Source: Flavobacteriaceae bacterium (GTDB lineage: Bacteria; Bacteroidota; Bacteroidia; Flavobacteriales; Flavobacteriaceae). Taken from it: a DNA stretch of 32,000 nucleotides. Positions 17,886 through 27,138 of this stretch are shown in pieces. The notes under the pieces are model-generated. The model searched no databases. It was not told where the DNA came from and worked only from the letters and a program-made list of their open reading frames with translations. Within the stretch, counting starts at the first letter, position 1, and every line of letters starts with the position of its first letter. Location: assembly GCA_965224465.1 (NCBI GenBank), contig OZ245049.1:420001-452000 (forward strand), in the 5' to 3' direction. The translations under genes and the position numbers were made by a program.

Positions 17886-19109
17886 TTAATCTTCTGAAGG
17901 TTCAGAAGGTTCTGAAGGTTCAGAATTATCCTGACTTAAATCTTTCATATAATCGTTTTTCTTTGCTTTTCTACTCCCTTCATACATATCATAACGAACA
18001 AAACGACAATCTAAATCTCCATTTTTAAGAGGGATTCTACGTGATGTTCTCAATCCTACGTATTTCAAAGCTTCCATATCCGAAGTAATAAACCATACTG
18101 TAGAGTCTGGATAACCATGTTTTAAGGTGTCTCCAATTTTTTTGTAAAATTCTTGAGTATCAATTTCTAAACGCTCACCATAAGGAGGATTAAACAAAAT
18201 GATAGTCTTTCCAAACACTTCCTTCATAGAATTAAAGAAATTTACATGGTGTACTTTTACAAAATCATCTAAGTTCGAGTTTTTGATATTGTCGTTGGCT
18301 TTCCTCACTGCAGAAGGCGCTTTGTCAAAGCCCATAATTTTAAAATGCGAACTTGTAATTTTTTTCAGTAAAGAATCATGTACGGCATAAAATAAATCCT
18401 CGTCATAATCTTTCCAATTCTCAAAACAGAATTCGTTTCGGTTGATATTTGCAGGGATATTACACGCAATCATGGCTGCTTCTATCAAGATTGTACCAGA
18501 ACCACACATAGGGTCTATAAAATTACAATCGCCTTTAAAACCAGATAACAATACCAATCCCGCAGCTAACACTTCGTTTATTGGAGCAATATTTGTTGCC
18601 GTTCTATACCCTCTTTTATGTAGAGAATCTCCAGAACTATCCAAAGAAATAGTACAGGTGTCTCTCTGAATGTGTACATGTATTTTAACATCGGGATGTT
18701 TTAAATCTACATCGGGGCGTTTGCTGTATTTATCACGAAAATAATCCGCAATAGCATCCTTAGTTTTTAAGGATATATAATGTGAATTAGATGTAAACTG
18801 TTTAGAATTTACAACCGCTCCTATAGAAAACGTACCATCTACATCTAAATAGCGTTCCCATTTAATTTGTTGTATTTTTTTATACAACTCATTTTCATCA
18901 TTAACACGAAAAACTTTGATTGGTTTTAATATCCTAATTGCAGTTCTCAATGCCAAGTTAGATTTGTACATAAAACCCATATCTCCCATGTAAGAAACAT
19001 TTCTTACTCCTACTACTACATCTTGAGCACCTAAATTACGCAACTCTTCGGCAAGAACTTCTTCCAATCCAAACATGGTGGTAGCCACCATTTTAAAATT
19101 TTTCTGCAT
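17886..19109 (-). CDS. THUMP-domain class I SAM-dependent RNA methyltransferase (RlmL N-terminal / YpsC-like)
   Basis: N-terminal THUMP-like region, DPMCGSGTILIEAA SAM motif, NPPYGERL catalytic motif, and an extra SEPSEPSEPSED tail. Confidence 0.85.
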   Translation of the reverse strand: MQKNFKMVATTMFGLEEVLAEELRNLGAQDVVVGVRNVSYMGDMGFMYKSNLALRTAIRILKPIKVFRVNDENELYKKIQQIKWERYLDVDGTFSIGAVVNSKQFTSNSHYISLKTKDAIADYFRDKYSKRPDVDLKHPDVKIHVHIQRDTCTISLDSSGDSLHKRGYRTATNIAPINEVLAAGLVLLSGFKGDCNFIDPMCGSGTILIEAAMIACNIPANINRNEFCFENWKDYDEDLFYAVHDSLLKKITSSHFKIMGFDKAPSAVRKANDNIKNSNLDDFVKVHHVNFFNSMKEVFGKTIILFNPPYGERLEIDTQEFYKKIGDTLKHGYPDSTVWFITSDMEALKYVGLRTSRRIPLKNGDLDCRFVRYDMYEGSRKAKKNDYMKDLSQDNSEPSEPSEPSED

Positions 19110-19193
19110 CTGATTTTATTTTTGGCAAAAATACATAATTATAGGCGTTCAAACTCTTTTATCTTTAAATGATTCCAAAAACAATTAAATTTA

Positions 19194-19201
19194 TACTTTT
19201 G
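19194..19201 (+). promoter_or_regulatory. Candidate -7 box TACTTTTG upstream of the methyltransferase gene
   Basis: Exact TAnnTTTG match ending 17 nt before the ATG at 19219. No clear -33 element. Confidence 0.4.
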
Positions 19202-19218
19202 TACTGTAAATTATAAAA

Positions 19219-19947
19219 ATGAGTACAACAAAAAATTGGTTCAAAACTTGGTTTAATACTTCGTATTATCACATTTTATATCAAAACAGAAACGACAAAG
19301 AAGCGCAGTTTTTTATTAAAAACATTTCTTCTTTTTTACATATTAAACAAGCTGACAAGCTACTGGATCTAGGCTGCGGTAAGGGACGGCATTCTATTTA
19401 TTTAAATTCTTTGGGATATGATGTTACAGGTGTAGACTTGTCTAGTAACAGCATTCAACATGCCAAACAGTTTGAAAATGATCATTTGCAATTTTTTGAG
19501 CATGACATGCGTGATCCTTTTGGAAGTAAATTTGATACTATTTTCAATCTTTTTACGAGTTTTGGTTTTTTTGAAGATGATAAAGAGGATATTTTAGTCC
19601 TAACAAACATTAAAAACGGTTTGAAAAAAAATGGAAAAGCAGTGATTGACTTTATGAATGCATCCAAAGTAATCCAACAATTGGTTCCCAAAGAAATAGT
19701 TTCAAGAGGAGGCATTGATTTTCATATAAAAAGACGTTTTGAAAATGGTTTTATTATCAAAGAAATTTTATTTAATGCAGATCAAAAAGAACATCAATAT
19801 ACCGAACGTGTAAAATGTTTGGATTATAAAAAAATTGAAGGGTTCTTACAAAAAGCTGGTTTAAGCATCAACAGTGCATTTGGAGATTATGATTTGTCTG
19901 CATTTGATGTTACAACTTCTAACCGATTAATACTTGTAGTATCATGA
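19219..19947 (+). CDS. Class I SAM-dependent methyltransferase
   Basis: LLDLGCGKGRHS (motif I), DVTGVDLS, and a later acidic motif. Substrate unknown. Confidence 0.8.
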   Translation: MSTTKNWFKTWFNTSYYHILYQNRNDKEAQFFIKNISSFLHIKQADKLLDLGCGKGRHSIYLNSLGYDVTGVDLSSNSIQHAKQFENDHLQFFEHDMRDPFGSKFDTIFNLFTSFGFFEDDKEDILVLTNIKNGLKKNGKAVIDFMNASKVIQQLVPKEIVSRGGIDFHIKRRFENGFIIKEILFNADQKEHQYTERVKCLDYKKIEGFLQKAGLSINSAFGDYDLSAFDVTTSNRLILVVS

Positions 19948-20630
19948 TATATATCGCCTTAATATCCTCCGTACTCATCGGGGTTTTAATTGTGTTTATT
20001 CTTAAACCCAACGAAAAATGGATTCAATTATTCTTAGCATTTAGTGGTGCTTATTTGCTGTCCATTACCTTGTTGCATCTCCTTCCAGAAGTATACAAAT
20101 CCAACTCTAAATATATTGGAATTTTTATATTAATTGGGATTTTATTGCAATTGGTGCTCGATTTTTTCTCACAAGGAGCAGAACATGGCCATATCCATGT
20201 TCATAAAAAAAATGTATTCCCTTGGGTCTTATTTATCAGCCTAAGTATCCATGCTTTACTGGAAGGAATTCCTTTAGCACATAACCATGCTGGATATACG
20301 CATGAACACAACAATTTATTATGGGCAATTGTAATTCATAAAATACCTGTAGCTATAATTTTAAGTTCTTTTTTACTCAATAGTAGTTTTAATAAAACCA
20401 AAGGGCTCTTATTTATTTTAGGTTTTTCATTGATGTCTCCACTGGGTAGTTTTCTAGGCGACACCATGCCTATACTAAATGAGTATCGCAACGAGATCAC
20501 CTCAATTATTATTGGAATATTCTTACATATATCTACTACAATACTGTTTGAATCTTCTCAAAATCACAAATTTAATGCCTTTAAATTTATGGCTATTTTA
20601 ACAGGAATGGGGATTGCTTTATTGGTGTAA
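19944..20630 (+). CDS. ZIP-family divalent metal transporter (ZupT-like)
   Basis: Multi-pass membrane protein with a His-rich loop (GAEHGHIHVH) plus HALLEGIPLA and HKIPVAI motifs. ATGA overlap with the upstream gene. Confidence 0.8.
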   Translation: MIYIALISSVLIGVLIVFILKPNEKWIQLFLAFSGAYLLSITLLHLLPEVYKSNSKYIGIFILIGILLQLVLDFFSQGAEHGHIHVHKKNVFPWVLFISLSIHALLEGIPLAHNHAGYTHEHNNLLWAIVIHKIPVAIILSSFLLNSSFNKTKGLLFILGFSLMSPLGSFLGDTMPILNEYRNEITSIIIGIFLHISTTILFESSQNHKFNAFKFMAILTGMGIALLV

Positions 20631-20664
20631 TACCAAAACATATCCCCTTATTAAGGTTGGTATC
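20628..20664 (+). repeat. Minimal hairpin version of the 160-bp element terminus, abutting the stop codon
   Basis: TAATACCAAAACATATCCCC resembles the element start TAATACCAAATACATTTCC. ATACCAA (20631-20637) pairs with TTGGTAT (20658-20664). The TAA is the ZIP gene stop. Confidence 0.5.
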
Positions 20665-20960
20665 TCCTTGGACATTAATATTCAAATCAAAAATAGGATA
20701 TTGGAAGTATAAAAGAAAATGCATTGTGTTTATAAAAAATGTTGCTGTTAATACTACAAATATCAATGGTGCATACTTGTTTTACCCTGTACTCTTTTTC
20801 AAGGGAATAACAAGCCGCATACACGGGGATGACAATTGGGATGGATAAATACTAATTATAGTAAAATTGTACAGTGAACTCATCTATAAATATATAAATA
20901 AAGAGGATTAAATAACCTATATGGAACATGTATTTGAAATTACAAAATCACTTTGAAAAT

Positions 20961-21359
20961 TTACACAATGAGTCCATTTAACACATCCAAAACTTCCGAC
21001 GGAATGCGAACAACTTTCATACTCTTTTTGTCTAACAGACACCATACTGTTTTGGCTTTTGCAAGTATTTTCCCCTCTTTTAATATTTCAACAAAACGAT
21101 CCGATTTCACACCATAACAATCACCTACCCATGTACGGATAGTAATTTCATCTTCTTCCATCGCCGATGCTAAATAATCAATTTCGTGTCGAATTACAAC
21201 CCACACAAACGCATTGAATGCATGATTTCTACTTAAGACAGCCCAATGCTTTTCAGCAATTTGTTGTACCCATTTAATATAGCACACATTATTCACATGC
21301 CCTAGCGCATCAATTTCTTCTGAAGTTACCGTATGTTTTAAATAAAAGCGTCTGTCCAT
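20961..21359 (-). CDS. Acyl-CoA thioesterase, hotdog fold (YbgC/4HBT family)
   Basis: 132 aa. V..EEIDALGHVNNVCYIKW is the characteristic 4HBT N-terminal motif. Confidence 0.8.
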   Translation of the reverse strand: MDRRFYLKHTVTSEEIDALGHVNNVCYIKWVQQIAEKHWAVLSRNHAFNAFVWVVIRHEIDYLASAMEEDEITIRTWVGDCYGVKSDRFVEILKEGKILAKAKTVWCLLDKKSMKVVRIPSEVLDVLNGLIV

Positions 21360-21426
21360 ATTTTAGTTAGTGTTAAATTGCTTAAAGATAAGAAAATAAG
21401 ACAAACAGAACTGCTGATTTTTATCA

Positions 21427-21461
21427 TAAAAAAAAGCCAAACTCAACAGGTGAGTTTGGCT
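21427..21461 (-). terminator. Rho-independent terminator of the FKBP/TSP3 lipoprotein gene
   Basis: AGCCAAACTCA-ACAGG-TGAGTTTGGCT (21434-21461). On the minus strand a T8 run follows. Confidence 0.8.
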
Positions 21462-21482
21462 TTAGAGTATACTTTTTAAGAT

Positions 21483-22439
21483 CTAACTATCAGAATCTAA
21501 ATAATTAGGAATTCCATCCTTGTCTTTATCATCATTATTATAGTTTCCATCTTTATTGGCATCTTCGTCTTTTGTAAGGATTCCATCTCCATCATCATCT
21601 GAGTCAAGGTAGTTTGGTTTTCCGTCTCCGTCCGTATCATCATTCATAACATTACCATCCTTATCAGGATCTTCATCTTTTGTAAGGATTCCATCTCCAT
21701 CATCGTCAGAGTCAGCAAAATTTGGTTTTTTGTCTCCGTCTGTATCATCATTTAATACATCTCCATTTTTATCCAAATCTTCATCTATAGAATCAATTCC
21801 ATCACCATCATGATCTGATTTGTTAACCGCCATCAATTCAATTTTAAAAACCAATGGAGAATTTTTGGGAATTTTATTTTTGGAAAAATTCTTATAGCCC
21901 AATCCAGAAGGAAAAAACATCCATCCTTTACCATTATCTTTAAAATCAAAAGATTCATCTACATTTACCACCTTTTTACCAGCATTAAAATTTGTAAAAC
22001 CATTTGACCATCCTGGAACAACGTTGTACAAATCAAACCAAATAACATGGCTCCGAGAATCAAAAATTGTACTGTCTAAAAGTGCTCCTCTATAGGTAGT
22101 TAACACAGAATCAACCTTTGAAGGCGCAGTTCCTACTCCATTTGCTGTTTTTAAATAATATAATTTATAGGAAATATCCTTAAAAGTAACTTTCTGAGTT
22201 TTAACTAAATCTGTCAATGGTGTTTGTTCTGCGGTAGGAGCCGCTCCTTTAACATCACCAATAGTCCAAATTTCACCATCCTTATTATTAATATAATGAG
22301 ACTCAAAATACTTCAACAATGCTTTATCGTCTGTTAATGATTGTGCGGCAGGATCAAAATTATCACTGTCTTTATCCTTACTACACGACAATGCAATTAT
22401 TCCACTTACCAGCAATACAGCTATATTTTTTAATTTCAT
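21483..22439 (-). CDS. Lipoprotein with an FKBP-type peptidyl-prolyl isomerase domain fused to thrombospondin type-3 (Ca-binding) repeats
   Basis: Lipobox LSC after the signal peptide. FKBP-like core (VLTTYRGALLDSTIFDS...VVPGWSNGF...IPKNSPLVFKIELMAV). C-terminal DxDxDGxxDxxD repeats (DTDGDGKPNYLDSDDDGDGILTKDED...) are encoded by a 108-bp tandem repeat. Confidence 0.8.
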   Translation of the reverse strand: MKLKNIAVLLVSGIIALSCSKDKDSDNFDPAAQSLTDDKALLKYFESHYINNKDGEIWTIGDVKGAAPTAEQTPLTDLVKTQKVTFKDISYKLYYLKTANGVGTAPSKVDSVLTTYRGALLDSTIFDSRSHVIWFDLYNVVPGWSNGFTNFNAGKKVVNVDESFDFKDNGKGWMFFPSGLGYKNFSKNKIPKNSPLVFKIELMAVNKSDHDGDGIDSIDEDLDKNGDVLNDDTDGDKKPNFADSDDDGDGILTKDEDPDKDGNVMNDDTDGDGKPNYLDSDDDGDGILTKDEDANKDGNYNNDDKDKDGIPNYLDSDS

Positions 22440-22591
22440 CTTTTAATTTTTATCGATTTTGTTTTTTCCAACGAATTTCAAATCAGCAACCTAAATACGA
22501 CTCCTAAAGCAATTCTATTGCATGTATATTACGCCGCAAGATAGTATTTTCATACCTTTGTTAAAAGAGAAAAAATAAATTTTAACTTTTT

Positions 22592-22960
22592 ATGAGAATT
22601 GATAAATATTTATGGTGCATTAGAATGTTCAAAACTCGTAGTTTAGCTACTGATGCGTGTAAAAAAGGACATATTAAAATAGATGGAAATAATCAAAAAC
22701 CATCGAAATTACTTTTTGGAAGTGAGCTGCTTTTGGTTCGAAAAAACCAAATTAATTATAAAATAGAGGTATTAGACATCCCAAAAAATCGCGTGGGCGC
22801 AAAATTGGTAGATTTATATCGAAAAGATTTGACCCCAAAAGAAGAATTTGAAAAACAAGAGCTCTTAAAGTATTCCAAAGATTATTACCGTAAAAAAGGA
22901 GCCGGGAGACCTACAAAAAAGGACCGTAGAGAAATAGACGATTTTACCCATGAAGAATAA
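22592..22960 (+). CDS. S4-domain RNA-binding protein (Hsp15/HslR-like)
   Basis: MRIDKYLWCIRMFKTRSLATDACKKGHIKIDG is a typical S4 domain N-terminus. Basic C-terminus. Confidence 0.8.
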   Translation: MRIDKYLWCIRMFKTRSLATDACKKGHIKIDGNNQKPSKLLFGSELLLVRKNQINYKIEVLDIPKNRVGAKLVDLYRKDLTPKEEFEKQELLKYSKDYYRKKGAGRPTKKDRREIDDFTHEE

Positions 22961-23537
22961 TTTCACACAAACATTTTGGGACAACCTATACCAATCAGAA
23001 CAAACAGGTTGGGATTTAGGTAGCGTAGCACCTCCTTTAAAAAAATATATCGACCAACTAGAAAACAAAAATGCTGCCATCCTGGTGCCAGGTGCTGGAA
23101 AGGGGTATGAGGTTGCGTATTTACATCAACAAGGATTTAAAAATGTGACTGTTGTAGATATTTCAGAACTACCATTGCTCCATTTAAAAACAACCTATCC
23201 AGAGTTTCCGAAAGAACGTCTAATACATGTTGATTTTTTTGAACACGACGGTTGTTATGATATCATTTTAGAACAAACGTTCTTCTGTGCACTTACACCT
23301 CTTTTGCGTGAATCTTACATGATGCAAATGCATTCCTTATTAAAACCAACAGGAAAATTAGTAGGCTTGTTTTTTGATTTTGAATTAAAAAAAGAAGGGC
23401 CACCATTTGGAGGTTCAATCAATGAATATCAGAAATTATTTTCTAAAAAGTTCCATATTCGAACCTTAGAACGTTGCTATAATTCAATAAAACAACGCAA
23501 CGATACTGAATTGTTTAGTATCTTTGAAAAAAAATAA
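22950..23537 (+). CDS. SAM-dependent methyltransferase, TPMT (thiopurine/thiol/halide methyltransferase)-like
   Basis: FWDNLYQSEQTGWDLG...PPL N-terminal TPMT-type motif and VPGAGKGYE motif I. Overlaps the upstream gene by 11 bp. Confidence 0.7.
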   Translation: MKNNFTQTFWDNLYQSEQTGWDLGSVAPPLKKYIDQLENKNAAILVPGAGKGYEVAYLHQQGFKNVTVVDISELPLLHLKTTYPEFPKERLIHVDFFEHDGCYDIILEQTFFCALTPLLRESYMMQMHSLLKPTGKLVGLFFDFELKKEGPPFGGSINEYQKLFSKKFHIRTLERCYNSIKQRNDTELFSIFEKK

Positions 23538-23545
23538 CGATTCCA

Positions 23546-24043
23546 ATGGAAAGATCAATTATACTGAATGATGCCCAAATTAAGCATAAGATTAAACGTA
23601 TCGCTTATCAGATCTATGAAGAAAATGTAACGGAATCTGAAATTATTTTGGCAGGAATTAATGGAAATGGTTTTATTTTTACACATAAAATAGCCGAAGT
23701 ACTGGCTCAAATTTCTCCATTAAAAGTACATTTATGTGAAGTTTTTATCGATAAAAAAAATCCCATTGGAAAAATATCAACTTCGCTACATCCAGACAGC
23801 TATCAAAATAAATCATTGGTATTAATAGATGATGTCTTAAACTCTGGCACAACGCTTATTTATGGAATCAAGCATTTTCTAGAAGTGCCCTTAAAACAAT
23901 TCAAAACAGCCGTATTGGTCAATAGAAATCATAAGAAATACCCTGTAAAAGCAGATTTTAAAGGGATTTCATTATCTACATCATTAAGAGAACATATAAA
24001 TGTAGTCTTTAAAAACGATGTTGCCACTGTGTATTTAAACTAA
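23546..24043 (+). CDS. Phosphoribosyltransferase-family protein (PyrR-like)
   Basis: PRPP-binding loop LVLIDDVLNSGTTL. The N-terminus resembles PyrR (IL....I..KIKRIAYQIYE). Confidence 0.75.
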   Translation: MERSIILNDAQIKHKIKRIAYQIYEENVTESEIILAGINGNGFIFTHKIAEVLAQISPLKVHLCEVFIDKKNPIGKISTSLHPDSYQNKSLVLIDDVLNSGTTLIYGIKHFLEVPLKQFKTAVLVNRNHKKYPVKADFKGISLSTSLREHINVVFKNDVATVYLN

Positions 24044-24548
24044 GATACGTTTTTAGTTCTGTAACAATCTCATCAATCGATTTCCCATCTACAGTCAGTG
24101 TTTTTTGCGCTCTATTGTAAAAGAAGCCACGCTCAAATAAATGCTTCCCTATAAATTCCTTAAGTTTTTCTAAACCGATCGTTTTTATCAATGGACGCGT
24201 GTCTTGCTCCTTTTTTAAACGATCATACAAGGTAGGAATACTCGCTTTTAAATACACCGATGTGCTGTGTGCGTTGATCATTTCCAAATTTTCTCCAAAG
24301 CATGGTGTCCCTCCTCCTACAGAAATAACATCGTATTGCGGATCGTTTAATAATTCGATCAAATAACGGGCTTCAATTTTTCGAAAATAAATTTCACCTT
24401 TATTTTCAAAAATGTTTTTAATAGATGCTTGCTCTTTTAATTCGATAAAGGCATCCAAATCCATAAAACTAAGCTTTAAAAGACCCGCTAATTGCTTTCC
24501 TATAGTAGATTTCCCACAGCCCATATATCCTAATAGTACTAATTTCAT
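24009..24548 (-). CDS. aroK: Shikimate kinase
   Basis: MKLVLLGYMGCGKSTIGKQLA Walker A, DLD, and GGG (SVGGGTP) motifs. Its 3' end overlaps the convergent PRT gene by 35 bp. Confidence 0.88.
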   Translation of the reverse strand: MKLVLLGYMGCGKSTIGKQLAGLLKLSFMDLDAFIELKEQASIKNIFENKGEIYFRKIEARYLIELLNDPQYDVISVGGGTPCFGENLEMINAHSTSVYLKASIPTLYDRLKKEQDTRPLIKTIGLEKLKEFIGKHLFERGFFYNRAQKTLTVDGKSIDEIVTELKTYLSLNTQWQHRF

Positions 24549-24685
24549 TTTTATATTTTAATTGATTCAACTAATTACACCCTTGCTATCAATAGCAGTT
24601 ACTTGGTTCACATAGCCTTAGCTTTCACAAAAAGACATGTCCTAAAATAACAGCACAAATATCTATAAAAAAACTTAAAAAACCC

Positions 24686-24715
24686 TTGTTATATTCCTTA
24701 TTCATTGTATATTTG
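24686..24715 (+). promoter_or_regulatory. Bacteroidota-type promoter (TTG-N19-TATATTTG) for the tRNA-Lys/tRNA-Leu genes
   Basis: TTG at 24686-24688 and TATATTTG at 24708-24715, ending 24 nt before tRNA-Lys. Matches the -33/-7 consensus. Confidence 0.65.
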
Positions 24716-24739
24716 CAACCGCAATCACAGATTGTTATT

Positions 24740-24812
24740 GACCTGGTAGCTCAGTTGGTAGAGCACCTCCCTTTTAAGGAGGTGGTCCTGGGTTCGAGCC
24801 CCAGCCAGGTCA
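24740..24812 (+). tRNA. tRNA-Lys (anticodon UUU)
   Basis: Acceptor GACCTGG/CCAGGTC, D-arm AGCTCAGTTGGTAGAGC, anticodon stem CCTCC/GGAGG with loop CTTTTAA, T-arm GGGTTCGAGCCCC. 73 nt, no encoded CCA. Confidence 0.95.
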
Positions 24813-24845
24813 CAAAAAGTTAAGCATTGCTTAGCTTTTTTTATT
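24813..24845 (+). terminator. Weak hairpin plus T-run between the two tRNAs
   Basis: GTTAAGCA/TGCTTAGC (one mismatch) followed by TTTTTTTAT. It may be a partial terminator or a processing signal. Confidence 0.35.
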
Positions 24846-24854
24846 TAAAATACT

Positions 24855-24939
24855 GCGCACGTGGCGGAATTGGTAGACGCGCCAGCTTGAGGGGCTGGTA
24901 TCTGTTAAGGATGTGGAAGTTCGAATCTTCTCGTGCGCA
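24855..24939 (+). tRNA. tRNA-Leu (anticodon GAG), class II with long variable arm
   Basis: Acceptor GCGCACG/CGTGCGC, D-arm GGCGGAATTGGTAGACGC, anticodon stem CCAGC/GCTGG with loop TTGAGGG, long variable arm, T-arm GGAAGTTCGAATCTTC. 85 nt. Confidence 0.93.
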
Positions 24940-25183
24940 CTTTTAAAAGTGTCTTTTTACAATAGCATTCGAATCTTATAAAATCAATATCCACACCCAT
25001 ATCATAAAGGAGCTGTCTTAAAAAACAACGGTTAGTTTCCTACCGAATTCCCGAAAATTAAGTACTTCTTAGAGGCTTCTAAATTAATTTATTACATTAC
25101 CCCTACGCTTTTGTCCTCTAAGCAAATACAAATTGATTGTATCTCTTTGATTGCAATTAAAAATGATTCACTATTTTTGCAGT

Positions 25184-26608
25184 ATGACTACACTACCTAA
25201 CGATACTATCATTGCCTTAGCCACAGCTTCTGGCGTTGGCGCCATTGCAGTGATCCGGATTTCTGGTCCTGATGCAATTGCTATTGTAAACCATTGTTTC
25301 ACCTCTAAATTCAGTAAAAAAGACTTGACAAAAGTTAAGTCTCACACCATGCATTTAGGACATTTAGTGGATGGTGATCGCATGGTAGACGAAGTGCTCG
25401 TTTCCATATTTAAAAACCCAAACTCCTATACGGGAGAAAATGTGGTGGAAATAAATTGCCATGGCTCTGTGTACATTCAACAAGAAATAGTACAGTTGTT
25501 TTTACGCAACAAAGTACGGCATGCCGAACCAGGAGAATTCACTTTACGTGCCTTCTTAAACGGAAAAATGGACCTCTCACAGGCAGAAGCTGTTGCCGAT
25601 TTAATCGCTTCTAATTCTGCAGCTTCTCACCAAGTTGCCTTGCAACAAATGCGAGGTGGTTTTAGCAACGAAATCAAAGACCTACGCACACAATTATTAA
25701 ACTTTGCTTCCTTGATAGAACTGGAACTTGATTTCTCCGAAGAGGACGTTAATTTTGCAGATCGCGATCAATTTAAAAACTTAGTTGCCAAAATAATCAC
25801 CGTCTTAAAACGATTGATCGATTCTTTTGCCCTTGGAAATGTCCTTAAAAATGGAATTCCAGTAGCAATTGTAGGAGAGCCAAACGTAGGGAAATCTACC
25901 CTGCTAAATGCCTTATTAAACGAAGACAAAGCCATTGTCAGTGATATCCCAGGGACAACCCGAGATGCCATTGAAGACGAAATAGCCCTAGACGGGGTCA
26001 CCTACCGCTTTATAGATACAGCAGGAATTCGTAAAACTACCGATGTGATAGAACGCATAGGTATTCAGAAAACCCATGAGAAAATTGAATCCTCTCAATT
26101 GGTCTTGTACATCATAGACGGCTCCAAAGTAGGAAATGATCGGCTAGACGCTGCCCAAAACTTAACACAACAGGTTTTAGAGGAACTCGCCATTATCAAA
26201 GAAATGTACCCTCAAAAACGCATGCTTATTGTGCTTAACAAAATAGATGTGTTGACCGATGGACAATTGGAAATTCTCCAAGAAAAAATTGTAGACCTCC
26301 TCCCTATTTCTGCCAAAAACAACCTAGGAATCCACGAACTCGTCCTGCACTTAACAAGCCTTGTAAATACAGGAAAACTGAGTTCCAACGAAACCATTGT
26401 CACCAATAGCCGCCATTATGAAGCGCTGAACAATGCCTTTGAAAGCATCCTTTCCGTACAAACAGGTGTCGAAGATGGCTTGCCAAGCGACTTGTTTGCC
26501 ATTGATATCCGTGAGTGCTTGAGACATTTAGGTGCTATTACAGGAGAATTTGATGTGGATAAAGATATTCTGGGGAATTTGTTTGCTAATTTTTGTATTG
26601 GAAAGTAA
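25184..26608 (+). CDS. mnmE: tRNA modification GTPase MnmE (TrmE)
   Basis: DTIIALATASGVGAIAVIRISG N-terminus, G-domain GEPNVGKSTLLNAL, DIPGTTRD, DTAGIR, NKID, and C-terminal FCIGK. The ATG at 25184 is preferred over the track TTG at 25151. Confidence 0.93.
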   Translation: MTTLPNDTIIALATASGVGAIAVIRISGPDAIAIVNHCFTSKFSKKDLTKVKSHTMHLGHLVDGDRMVDEVLVSIFKNPNSYTGENVVEINCHGSVYIQQEIVQLFLRNKVRHAEPGEFTLRAFLNGKMDLSQAEAVADLIASNSAASHQVALQQMRGGFSNEIKDLRTQLLNFASLIELELDFSEEDVNFADRDQFKNLVAKIITVLKRLIDSFALGNVLKNGIPVAIVGEPNVGKSTLLNALLNEDKAIVSDIPGTTRDAIEDEIALDGVTYRFIDTAGIRKTTDVIERIGIQKTHEKIESSQLVLYIIDGSKVGNDRLDAAQNLTQQVLEELAIIKEMYPQKRMLIVLNKIDVLTDGQLEILQEKIVDLLPISAKNNLGIHELVLHLTSLVNTGKLSSNETIVTNSRHYEALNNAFESILSVQTGVEDGLPSDLFAIDIRECLRHLGAITGEFDVDKDILGNLFANFCIGK

Positions 26609-26771
26609 GTAGAACTACCCCAACCACGGTTTATAACCATAAGTATCCTATTAAAATTATTTTAAAGCCGCAGTACAGGTATTCTTTTATATAGTGCACT
26701 GAGGCTTTTAATTGTTCTTTAGAATCAATCACAAATTTGTAGGCTATCCATAAATTTTAGTCAATCTATTT

Positions 26772-26888
26772 TGGGCGTTTCCCAAGAGGGTCGGGCTATA
26801 CGCTCATACGCTTCGCTTTTACAGAGCACCTGCTAAGAAGCAGGCACTCTATAAAAACTGCAGGGTAACCGCTGCTATCCCTAACGCA
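26772..26888. other. GC-rich non-coding island (candidate structured RNA or foreign remnant)
   Basis: Visibly higher G+C than its surroundings and no ORF. It has a hairpin AGAGCACCTGCT-AAGA-AGCAGGCACTCT (26823-26850, 10 of 12 pairs) and small stems (GGGCGTTTCCC; GCAGggtaaccgCTGC). Confidence 0.4.
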
Positions 26889-27052
26889 ACAGTATCGTAA
26901 ATAACAAAAATTGAATTCTAAAAGTACGGAGTTCATCTTGCTATTTTGATATCACAACTATCTAGACAATCGTTAGTCCCTAGCTTTTTTACTGCTCTCT
27001 TGTTTGTTCCTTCAAAGGAGTAGGCTCTTGTTTTAAAGTAAATACACCGCTA

Positions 27053-27130
27053 AGTCAATAAGCTCGTAGCAAGCTCACAAGGCATAAAAAAAACCTTAAT
27101 CATTTCGATGTAAGCATCGGGGAATTAATA
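27053..27130 (+). repeat. ~80-bp intergenic repeat, copy B, directly upstream of the CRISPR-like array
   Basis: See copy A (49-130). The CGATGT-AA-GCATCG hairpin is retained, with a C-to-T change that still allows a G-U pair. The first hairpin is degraded. Confidence 0.8.
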
Positions 27131-27138
27131 ACACTATA

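Noticed and set aside
20657-20848. 63-aa ORF in the 330-bp spacer after the ZIP transporter gene.
   Set aside because: It has a TTG start and no recognisable family, and it begins inside the terminal hairpin. Its composition looks non-coding. It is kept as unexplained intergenic sequence.
24940-25150. A third tRNA or small RNA after tRNA-Leu.
   Set aside because: I could build no cloverleaf-compatible acceptor or T-arm. Only a loopless ACTTTT/AAAAGT palindrome is present.
26609-27052. Search for cas gene remnants or a tracrRNA-like anti-repeat next to the mini-array.
   Set aside because: There is no ORF of 60 aa or more, and I could find no segment complementary to the repeat by eye.
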